A DNA stretch of 64,000 bases from Chrysomallon squamiferum (taxonomy: Eukaryota > Animalia > Mollusca): assembly GCA_012295275.1 (NCBI GenBank), contig CM022667.1:22382001-22446000 (forward strand), in the 5' to 3' direction. Positions within the stretch are counted from its first letter, which is position 1, and each line of letters opens with the position of its first letter. Made by a program: the position numbers and the translations under genes. Shown here piece after piece: positions 42,401 to 55,300 of the stretch. The notes beneath the pieces are model-generated. The model did no database searches and was not told the DNA's origin. It saw only the letters and a list, made by a program, of their open reading frames with translations.

Positions 42401-45400
42401 ATAATTGAATCATAATTTTAAAAATAATTTATAGCTTACAATATTATGAATTGTATTAAACTATTTCACAATGAAGTAATAAATTAATTTTTGAATGATT
42501 AATTACAGCACACTAGCACATATTCTGTGACAAAGATTTGTCAGTATAGTTTTCAAAAATAGTGTTCAGAACAGCAAAAGAATGAATGTATCATTGTAGA
42601 CTTCACTTTCAGTGTTTACATATAATAGTTAGTTCTTGGGCTTATTTTCATATTCATTTTGTCCAATTGTCATTCAGCATTCAAGATTTCATCTTTATTT
42701 TTAACTTCAGATTCAAATCTCATGTTGCCATGGCAACAGAACTTTGTTTATAGACTTAAAATTGTGTCACAGTTCAGCTTCCATAGCTTAGATTGTTTTG
42801 TTTTTAAATTTATTTGATATTAGTTTAGTTCATAATTTGGTTTAAAATTTAAATTTAAATAGCTGTTTATTATGCACAACATATTTCTTAATGGAAATAC
42901 TGAAGTTATGTACTAACTTTAAAAAATTGCTAAATCATTTTTTAATTAGTGAAACATCTGTTTTTATTCTGCTTATCCTTACATTAGCAATACATTGATT
43001 GATTTCATTTTAAATAACATCTCTGCTGCTTGATAATTTTCTAATATATTTGGATTGAAACTGTATTCTTTTCTGCACAATTAATCAACAAATATAAAGA
43101 GATGTGTCAGTCATTTCAGTCTCCATTATAATTACACAAATGTTTCAAGATAAAAATGTACATTTTCTCCAGGTTAGTTTTCTACAAAAGGAAATAGCTT
43201 TCTATTTTATACCAACTTCTCAATTTCAGTAGAGTTTAATACCATAAATACTGAAACACAATATACATTTTGTTTAATGTCATATTTTTCCTTTCTTCTT
43301 GTTCTCTTCCAAGAAACTAAAATAGCTAAAAGTTAGCATTATGATAACTATTTAAAAATTAAAATGAAGACAGTCAACAATTTATTAATGTATTTATTTT
43401 TAAATTTGGTTTCTTTATGTTCTCATGTTGCATCCCTTACTGCTTTATTCCAGACCATTCTGTTCAAAAAAGAATTTCAAGTGTCTCAGATATTTATTAT
43501 TTTTTATTTTAATTTTATATATAAGAATATTTAATAAGAATATTTATTATAATTTCTTAAATTTATTTAGTTATGTTCTTGTTTTATTATTATTTTTGTA
43601 TATGTATATGTATGTATGTGTGTGTTTGTGTGCGTGTGTGTGCATGTGTGTGTTATCATGAATTCAGTTAGTTATTTTATTTTTATTTTATTTTCTGATT
43701 TTCTTTGTTTGACAAATTCATTATAAGAGGATATGTTGATGTATGAGCATTATACTAGCTAGATATCATCATTGCAAAAACTTTAATATGTGTGAAATTA
43801 TAATTGGTTGTTTTAACTAAATATTAGACATAAATACAATACATATATATTAAATTTTCAAAAAAGTTAATTACGATTTTATATTAGTAATCTCATGGTT
43901 ACAATTATTATAAATTAACAGTTTATATAATGTAAAGATTAACAGAGGATGAAACAATATACAGCACAGATACATGCATAACTCAAAACATGCAAATGTA
44001 TAAACAACAGTATTTTCAGTTTTGTGATTTTTAAACAAATATATATTCATATGCAACAGAAACATATGAAAAGCTTTTCATTTTTCTTTTCATTTTTATG
44101 TTTCTGTAAAGCTACCAAACTTTTGTTAAATATATTTAATTGTATAAATAGAAAAAGAGTTGCTCATATCAAGAGTGGTCTATACTGAAACTGTCACACC
44201 TTTGTTTATTTACAAAAAAAAAGAAAAATAATAATGATAATTTTACCGTGTTTTTTTTTATCTTGGATTTTTAATTTTATTTATTTTTTAATATCAAAAA
44301 CATAGTGTGATAGTTATTAGTTTCTTTGGTCCATGACTATTTATTTTGGCCATATACATTCCCAGTATTTGAATAATTATTCTGTTAAATTTTTTGGGAT
44401 ACATTGGTTTAAAAAAATAAGTTATACAAATGCTAGAAAGTGGCAGCTAAATAATATTTAAATTACCCTTCAAATAAGAATATTTTCCATTTTTATTATT
44501 TACAATAAAAATAGAAAAAGAAATTCCTGGTGCAGAAAAATGCAATGCTGATGAAAAATGCTAAAATTGCAATAACTATAATTAATTTGTTCACTTAAAT
44601 AATTGTATTACATTTATCTAAAATAACTAATATTATTCTTTACTGTTTCAAACTAATTAACAATTTATGTCAAGATAACTATTTATTAAATTTCTTAACA
44701 AGATTATGTGCCTTTGCTATTTGTTAAATATAAAATTGAATCTAAAGTTAGTCATTACTTTGGAATAAAATTGTGAAATGTTAGAAAAGATAAATAAATC
44801 ATATAAACAAATGAATGAATGGATAAATAAATAAATAAATTCATAAAGCCAAATATATATAATTATCTGCACTGGATATTAATTTGTTTCATTGTTCTAA
44901 GTGCAAGACATATTTTCTAACTTTTAACTATATTAGTTATTTTCTTTAATAATTATTATTTATTTTCTGTTTTCAGAACTTGATAATCAAGAATAATATT
45001 TGTCAGAATCAGTTTTTAATAAATTTATCACATATATATTTCTGTTATTTTCTATATTTTTATTTTATTTCATTTTATTATTTTTCTTTATTTTTGAATT
45101 TTTTCTTTATTTTATGTTATTATTATAAAACTAATTTTTTTTCTGTAATTCAGAATTACAATATTCCGGTGGATTGTTCCTGCAAATGGAGAAGTTGTTC
45201 TTCGACTGAAGTTCCATTCTGAGGAACTTGGTCAGTTTGATCAGACTCTGAACTTTGAGATAGTTGGAACAAGGCGACGTTACCAGCTATACTGTCGAGG
45301 AGTCTGTTCCTTTCCTTCTATCAGCAGAGAACCAAGGCATGTATACATTTATTTATTTATTGAGAGAGAGAGAGAGAGTGAGAGTAATAGGTATTATTAC

Positions 45401-48400
45401 TAACACACAAACATACACAATTAAAAAAAAGCTTGTAGATGTTTTATCAATTAATTTTAAATATATATATCGCAGTTATGCAGATTTATTTTAAAAATTA
45501 ATAATATATATATTTTTTAATTTATCAAGTTGGATGTGTACGGTTTACTGGTTCATAGCACCTCATACATTACAAACACATTATCAGTATCTTTATTTTT
45601 GTATTAAATTTGTTTATTGAAACTTATAAAAAAAAAAAACATATTTCAGAAATCTGTTTCATCAATTTTAAAACAACAGGTTTTATTTCAAAGAACTAAT
45701 TGGACAATGTAATGTATTACATGTATGTTTTAAAAAAGTTATTTCTTTCTCTTTTTTCTTCATTTGTTTTATTGCTTTGTATTTTTGTTTGTTTTGTTTG
45801 TTTTTATTTCTTTCTTTTTGTTATTTTACTTGTATTCTTCATTGTTTTTTTTTATGCTTAAGATATAAAACACAGAGGTAGCAACATCATTTATTGTTTT
45901 TTTAATTAACATTTAGGCACTTTTATATGTATATGAGTGTTTACACACACACACACACACACACATAATTACTGATTATATAAATATGTGTGAGAGAGAG
46001 TTTGTCTGTGTGTGTGTGAGTGTGTGTGTGTGCGCGTCTCTGTTTGAAGGTGTATGTGCATGGAAAGGATTAAATAAAAGTATATTATTAAAAACTGAAC
46101 ATTGTTTTCTGACTTAACTAATCTTTATTGATTTATTGAGTTTATCTTTGTTATATTTTTCTCTAATTTTTAAAGTAATTTTCTGTTATTTGTTCTCTGA
46201 TTTGTTTTTCTGCAATATTTTTGTAATATAAATTACAGCCTGCTTTCAGTTTAAAAAAGATTGTTGTCAGAAAATTAAACTATTACAAAATATCGTATTT
46301 AATAATAAATAAAACACATATGTAAACACTTACACACAAAAACACACTCCAGTTACAACTTATTTTTCACTATGGTTGTATATCTTTGCACACTGAATTG
46401 TGTAAATGAATTCATGAAATGGTTTTTAATTAATGAAACTATTATCCTTGATTAAACATGAAAAAGATAATCAAATGTGAAATCATCTATTAATAAACTC
46501 CTCGTAGAAAATGAGAATAAATAATGAATGTGTATGTTTTTAGAATAGTGTTTCCACAACGAAAAAAGAATAAGAAGGATGATGAAATTGTACACAAGAA
46601 GTACATTCTGATGACTGAGACATTTGAGTTTGGACCTCTCTTGGCTGCCAAGTCCAGAGAGAGGTAAAACAATATAACAAGTTTACAGATTGTAGTAAAC
46701 TTTGTGTTTATTAAATTGAAAAATATATATATTTTTTTTAATACAGTGAATATTTCCTTTGTTAAATAATAATAATAATGATGATGATGATGATAATTAT
46801 AAAAAGCAAAAAAAAAAAACAAAAAAAAAACTAATGATAACCAGGACAAGAATGTTATTAATAAACAAAAAAATAAATAAACATATTCTTAATGAAAAAC
46901 TCACACTCTTTAATGACAAAATTGAAATAACAGGCATATAAAATGGATAAATAAAATTATTAATTTAAAAAAAATCTTATTATTTTTTCGTTTGTAGATA
47001 CCGAGAAGGGCGATACCCTGAAAACATGCAGCAAATAACAATTCTCAACACTTCACCAATGGAAGCAGATGTGAGTTTCTGTTTCCTTACAGACAGTAAA
47101 GCAGACACATATATACTGGAACCTGCTAACATGGTGCTCAAGCCTGGAGAAATGGAAACGCTGACAGTTTGGGCATATCCCAAAAATCCAGGCCGCTATG
47201 TTGATGCCATAGTCTGTTGTGTGAGAGAAAATCCAGAACCAATTATTTTCAATGTTGCGTGTGATGCTTTCAGACCTTCACTGGAACTTGACAAGAAACA
47301 ACTTCATTTTGACAGAGTTCTTCTACACAGGTTAAAAAAGAAAATGAATTTCGGAATTTAAAAATTGGCAGTACAAATATGCCTTAATAAAAGCAAGAAA
47401 AGTTAATTGTGATTATCTTTCACTAGCTGATGCTAACAGAACATTGTATTATTAAAAACCTTTAAACTTTAACATAGAAAAAATATGTAAGCATAAAGGA
47501 TTTTAGACTTAAATTTTGATAGAACTGGCTGATGTAAGTTATTAATATTCATTTATTTAAAATCATCTTCTCTTGGAAAAATGTACTAGATTTAATAACA
47601 AATATATTTTGTTTAAATTTAGAAAAGACACAAAAACAATATTTCTGAGAAACAGTACCATGTTGCCAGTGGCATGGAAACTGGATGGACTGGACAGTCT
47701 GGGAGATGATTTCTCTGTGGCAGCAGATTCAGGTGTGGTTGAACCCAAGTCAGAGTTTGCTCTGCATGCCTATTTCAGAGCCATGAAAACTGTTCAGACC
47801 AGCAAGAAAGTCATTAAACTTCAGGTAATATTTTTATATAACTAGGCATATGCCATCTAGTTTCAGCTGTTTTAGATACCCAATAATCTTTCTTTTGATA
47901 AATCCTAGTTAAAACTTATAATGCTTTTGTTAATTGTAGAAATTGTCTCTTAGTTTAGAAAACAAATCAAATATAACATTTGTCATTAATAACAACTTTT
48001 GAAGAAAATATCATAATATACTAGATATTCCAACATGTAATGAAAAAATATAATTCATTTTATTTATTTTATTATTATTAATTTTTTTTTTTTTTTTTAA
48101 TTTTGGCAGGTTTTTGATGCTGAAAATATCATTGGTCTGATGGAACAGGAACCAATCCAAGTAATTGCTGAGGCTTATGATGTTGCACTGGATATGAGTT
48201 TTCCAAAAGGTAAATTAAATACAACTGCCATTTATAAATTTTATTTTCATGTGTTAAAAACAATTTTTCTCTGTACCTATGCAAACTGATACTAAAACTA
48301 TATAATTCACTTTCACGTCTACTACTCCTGCTTAACTGCTATTATAATTACTGTCACTATTTCTTACACCACAATTCAAAAAAGACTTACTGCTGTTTTG

Positions 48401-48906
48401 TTTTAGGTGCTGATGGTGGACTTGATTTTGGTACAATACGAGTTTCTGAAGAAACAAAACAGACTTGTACACTGAAAAACAAAGGAAAATATGAGATTGC
48501 TTACAAGTAAAAACAACATTATAAATAATATTATATAATTAATGTAGTGAGGCTGCATATATAATATAAATATTACAAATATATTGATTAGGATATTGTT
48601 TTATTTTTATAATTTAATTTAATATGATTATTTGTTGTTGCTTTCCTTTAATTAATTTGAAAGTTTCATTGTTGTTAATGTATAATGACAAGTGAGAAGT
48701 TACTGAGACATATCCATTCATAAATATTCTTTTCTAACACAGGTTTTAAGAAAAATATGTAATTACAAGTAAACTTATATGCAAAACTACTATTCTGAAC
48801 TCATTCAGTACTTAAGAATTAACATGCCACATTAACATCAAATATAAAACTGTTCTTGAATTTACTTTAAAATACATAACTAACTAACTAACTAAAGAAA
48901 TAAAGA

Positions 48907-48970
<64 letters not shown>

Positions 48971-49435
48971 CAATAATAAATTAATACCTGTTCTTAATAT
49001 CCTATTAATCAATTTTTTTTTTCTTCTGATTTTAGTTTCTTGTTTGAAAATGCAGACCCATCTAATCCTGATGTGACCAGTTTATTTTCTGTCATTCCTC
49101 AGAAGGGTTCACTCAATCCACTTGACCGACCTACCCAGGTTCAGGTGATTTTCAAGTCACAGAAGGAGATTACAGTCAAAGAACAACCAATCCTGAAGTG
49201 CCAGGTTATTGAACCTGTCCTTGGAGATGGGGGAGAAGTCATTGCTAGCATTCCTGTCAAAGTCTCTGTGAAAGCTGTCTTCAGCAAGTAAGTTTGAAAA
49301 AATATCAGAAATTTAGTAATTTATTATTATTATTATTATTTGGGGGTTTTTGTGTGATTTTATATATAGTAAAATCTGATATTAATTAACTATTAATTAA
49401 TTTAAACTGAACAATAATTGGATGTGTATGTGCAA

Positions 49436-49484
<49 letters not shown>

Positions 49485-49831
49485 TGTGTGTGTGTGTGAG
49501 TGCATGTGTGTGAGTATTTGTGTTTGTGTTTATTTAAATCCAATGATATGTTATCTTTTTCTTTTCTTTCTGGAATAACTTACAAATCAAGGACAAATTT
49601 AATAATGAATATGTAATAAATTGTTGCATGTTTATAGGATTAATGTTATAAGAACATGACTCAGTAACAATTTGATTAGTAATATTTATTATCACTGGCC
49701 TCTTACACCATTATCTAAAAACTTTGTCAATATTTGTCAAAAAATATAAAAGATTCATTTATCAGTTATTTTCATCATGATTATGATGCTGATAATCATC
49801 ATTATCATCAATCATCATCATCATCATCAAC

Positions 49832-49879
<48 letters not shown>

Positions 49880-51938
49880 ATATCAGAAGGTTTACATTAA
49901 AATCAAAAATCTGTTTCAGGTACAATATACTGCCAGTGAATGACATAAACTTTGGCTCACTGCTTGCTAACAGTAAGAAGACGAGGCAGTTTGTGATAGA
50001 AAACAAGGGAGAGTTTGACTTCAGATATACCATTTCAAAGAGGCTGAAAGAACCATCACAACAAGCTGTCAATGTCAGATCTATGAGGCCGTAGGTTTTC
50101 ACATGTCTTTCAGCAGAAAATTATTTCATTTATAAATATATATATATATATGACAGTAATGCCATAAATAATTGAAAAAAATAAATTTTGACTTAAAATT
50201 CAAACATTGTGGGTAAACTGGCTTGTGAGGAATACATGGTGGAAGAATATACTGTTACCTGGTGTTTGTTTGGGAGAGGTGGCATTGCTGGGTCCCAGCA
50301 TATGCTCTTAGGGTACTGTGTGCTTTGTTTAAATCTGCTTCCTCACTTTTGTGTTGGTGTTTCTGTACCTTTTTTTTCTGTACTTTAATTATGTTCTCCC
50401 TTTCATTTTCCTATGGCCTAGTTCTTGTTCTTGATATATGCATAGGGTGTTTTAGGCTAGATAAGTGACTTAAGCTGTGGTAATTCTGACTTGCATCGAA
50501 AATTGCCTTACGTTAGTCCATAGGAACCTATCTCTGGTGCATCTCAAGGACTCTCTGTTTATATATATATATATATATGTATATATTTCATTGTTTTTGT
50601 TTTGTTTTTTTGTTAAATCTTTTTATATAATAACTTTGTTGTACATATATGGTCATTAGCAATAAATAAAATAACTTTGAAATAACAACAACTGTTCCTT
50701 TATTTCAGAAATTCTGAATATGCATATGTCTGTTATATACGTCTTTATCAATACTTTGTTTTAAAATCCTCTATAATTATTAATAATATTTCTGTAGTAA
50801 ACATTGCTGCTTTACTAATTTCATTGTGCACAGCACTGTTTGATATTGCTCTCCAATGTTAAGTAACATATTTATTTTACAAAAGCCATAAAAACAAATA
50901 TGTTTAGATCTTGTTTAAATTAAAATAATTTTTTTTTGAGCATGTGGAGGATTAGTATATAATTATTATAATAACCCTTTATATTTAATTTCTGTCTATT
51001 TTTATTAATCTGAACAGTTTTATTAACTTTTAATCCAAAATTCAAATTTTCTTAAGATTTATCAAAATGAAATGTAAAAATCAGTTTTACATGGTTCTTA
51101 TCTTTTCAACTAAATTATAAAAATAACAAAACAAGGAAAAGTTTTTACTTTATAAGCAGAACAAATGGTTGTTTCACATAAAACAGCAAATTCATTGGAA
51201 ATAAAAATATTTATTTATTTATTTTTGTAATGAGTAATCAGCACTTTATATTCATTTCCATACTTTTATCAGTCTCTGTCACAATTCTTGCCATTAAGCT
51301 TCATTATCTTCATAGGCCAGTCAGGGGTGATAAGCGCACGAAATCCCGAGATGGGTCAAGTTCAGGGCGCTCAGTTGCTAAGCCTAAGCGAGCTGAATCA
51401 ATCAGGTATATTATTACTACATCTGATATCATGGGAGAAATATAGACAATTTTCAATTTCCTTTTTTTCCTTTTTCTGTCTGTATTATTATCATTTTTGT
51501 GAACAAATTCTTAATTTACACTTTAATTGTTATATACTCTTCATTTATATTAAAAATAAACATTGGATTCACTCTTCATTTTTGAATAGTTAAAATATTT
51601 ACATATGTTTACATTATTAACTTACAATAAATTTCCAATTTTGAAACTATGTGTACTCTCAGACTAATGATTAATTTAAAAACAAAAACAAAAACAAAAC
51701 AAAAAAAACTAAAAATATATATGTAATTTTTAATGGTAACTTCAGGACTGTCTTGGTTCAAAAGTATTTCGTCTTACCTGCAGAGTCATCTGGGTTTTTT
51801 TCCTGAATTATTGCACTTTATTTAGTTTTCCTGTTTTACTTCTTTCCTTTATTTTCTTTAGTATATCTACCAACATAATTACATATATATCTGTATTTAT
51901 AATATTGCATAAATATTATATAAATCTCAAATAAAATG

Positions 51939-51969
<31 letters not shown>

Positions 51970-52301
51970 ATGAATCACAAAGATTTTCTAATTATGAACT
52001 ATAAATTTAAAGATATCTTTATGCAACATGAAACCTTTTTTTCAGACAAGATATTGGTACAGGACAGTCAAGGTTGGTGCAGGGAATCTTCACCATCTTC
52101 CCAGCTTTTGGAATCATTCTTCCTAATGGCCACCAGACCATCACCATTGACTGTGTTGCTGAGCAGCAACAAGGACATTTTGAAGAAGTGAGAATTTAAT
52201 AAATAGTAATATAGCTACAGAGATAATAAAAAATTGAATTAGATTATTATTGCTGCTGTTGTTATTACTATTATTATTATTTACATAGTTATTTATTTAT
52301 T

Positions 52302-52348
<47 letters not shown>

Positions 52349-55300
52349 ATTATATACTTTGGTTATTTGGATCTTATATAATGTTGTTTCTTCTTTCTTT
52401 CTACTTCTGTTTATTACTCAGGTAAGAAATTTAACAATTATTTTATTTCAAGTTTATTTTATTTTACTTTTATTATATCTGATTTATTGATAATTAAAAA
52501 TTATTATTAGCATGTTTATTTTATATGAATAAGTAAATTAATGTTAAATATAATTTAGACATCATTTTTAAAATAAAAATTAGGATATCTCCATTGAAAT
52601 CACTGATCGGCAACCAAATGACAACCGTGGAGGAATTCCATATAAACTGATTGCTGAAGCTTGCATTCCATCCATCAACACTGAAGATGTTGGCTCCATC
52701 TTTGAGGAACATCATGTGGCTAAGAACCTTAGTGTTTGGCAACATCTGAACCTGTTACAGAGTGGAGGCATCTATGGTGAAGAAGAACGTCGCTTTGTCT
52801 TCAACAATGTCATTGTGGGTCGAAAGGCAAAGGCCAGGTTCAAGATTTCCAACACAAACAAAGTTCCCTGTGATGTCGTGTTCACTCTGAAACCAGTGAC
52901 TACAAAAGGAACGCCTAAAATGTTGGACATTTTTGAAGTAGAACCAACTCGAGCACAGATCCCCAACCACAGTCACACTTACATCACTGTCACCTTTACA
53001 CCTCCATCTATGCAGGTTAATCAGATAATTATTTCTCTATCGGTGTATGTGTTAACTAATTGTTTAACACTAAATAAAAAAATCTTTTCAACTTTATAAA
53101 TAAAAAATTATTAAATCTACTGTAGAAATTATTATAATAATGATAATTATCGATATCACCATCATCATGATTATTATTTTTGGTATCATAATCACCACTG
53201 TCATCATCATCTTCATCATTATTATTATTATTATTATTATAAGAATAAACTTGGCAACTTATTTTGTTAAATGTTGATACTTTGAAATACAGACTGTAGT
53301 GGTACCTTGACTTATGAGTGCACAAACTTATGAGTTTTCCAAGTTAAGAGCAGTCGCCCAGTCAATTTTTTGAACTTCAGATCTGCTGCCACTAGTTGGT
53401 GCACTGAACAACACAGCATCTCGCCATCATCTCACGTCTCACTTGTTTAGTTCATATGGTTACCTTGCTGTGAAACATCTCTGTTGTATTGTGTTGTGCA
53501 CGCATTTTGAGTAGTATTTTTTCAAATTTCTTTTTTCTGACCATGAATCCTAAGAAAGTGAGTGCAGAGGACAGTGTTGAGGAAGAAGTGGATGATGTCC
53601 ATTGAATTAAAGCACGAAATCATAGAAAAACATGAGCAATGTGTATATGTAGTCGACTTGGCTAGGCAGTACAAGAATAGTACTTCTAGGAGAAGTTCTA
53701 CAATGTGTACCATACTGAAGCAGGAGTTAATAAAGGCTTTATATAACTCCAGCCAAGTTGTCTGATCTCCAAGATAAATACACTTTACAAAACCAATTTA
53801 TTTTGTTACATTCTCTTTTATTTTGTTTTAATACAATATTTGTTATTTAAAAACACATTTTTCTTATTTAAAAACATGTTACAAAACATTGGGGTGGTTT
53901 TTTGGGGCTGGAATGGATTAGTGGTATTTCAATTAATTTCATTTGGGAAAATTGATCTAATACACTAGCAAATTGAGTTATGAGCTCAGTCACGGAAAAA
54001 ATTAAACTCATAAATCAAGGTACCACTGTATATTGAAAAATATTTTTTGCAGAAAGTAAAACATTTTGAGCTTTTGCAGTTTGTTTTACTAAGAGAAGCT
54101 GTGAAGAATGGTGTATTAAGTGTACAAGTTATAATATTAAGTTAAATTAACTCATTTCTCCATTTTAGAGTTTCAGTGCTGTTTTTGAGGCTGCTATTGA
54201 TGGCATGGCTGCAAACCAGATTCGTGGAAAATCACTAATCTTTGAAGTATCAGGAGAAGGTAACTTGCCACGAATTACAATAGGAAAACCTACCATCAGA
54301 AACAAGAGAGGACAACCTTTGCTGCTGTTCAAACGAATTTTGATTGGAAGATCACAGTCACTGCCCCTAACTTTACTGAATGAAGGAACACTTCCCAGCA
54401 AGGTTTGTAGTAACAGGCTTTTAAACAGGCATTAAAATAAACATTGAGTATACAAAATTTGCATGTATTAACCTATACATAACCCTGGTTTTATCATGTT
54501 TACAATTTCCACTGGTGACACTGCTAAAAATACTGTTGCATGAGGTCTTTGGTTAAATTTCACACAAGAAAATGAAATCTGATGTGTCCTGGAAGTACAC
54601 ATTCAGGTGCCATGATTTTTTCTGGAAAAGAAATTACCATCTATTGAAGGGTATTGTTCTGAACAACATTCCATTCCTTACTTACTGAAACATAGTAACT
54701 AAGCAGTAATTGTAACAATTGTTCTCAACTTATTTTGATGCCTATTTAAATATGTTAATGTAAATATATTCAACTAATAACATATTCAACATAATTAGCT
54801 AAATATAATTATTTCAGCTGTTCTGAAAAACAAATATATTAATTTGCAGCAAATATTAAGAGTTAAAAATTCATTTAGTGAATAAAATTACTTTGGTCAG
54901 TGGTATGTTCTGTTTGAAAAATGTAATTTTATGAAATATATGCACTGAAATATAAGCTATTTCTATGGATAATTAGCTTTAAAAATCCTATATGGTTATG
55001 TTTGTGATAAACTTTGCAGATCTGTTGCAAAAATCTGTAAATTCATTCCATAATTTCACTCTTTTAACTGTGTTAAATAATTCATTGTTAATTATTATCT
55101 TACAGAATTTGATATTATTTTGTTTGTATAGGTTGACATTGATTTGATTGACCCAGATGGAGTATTTGTACTGAAACCTACAGGAGAGACAAGCAGCATC
55201 ATTGGACTTCTTGATATGGACACTGAAGGTATGACAATACATGCTACTTATCAGTCTTTTTCTTCTTCTTCTTCTTCTTCTTCTTATTATTATTGTTACT

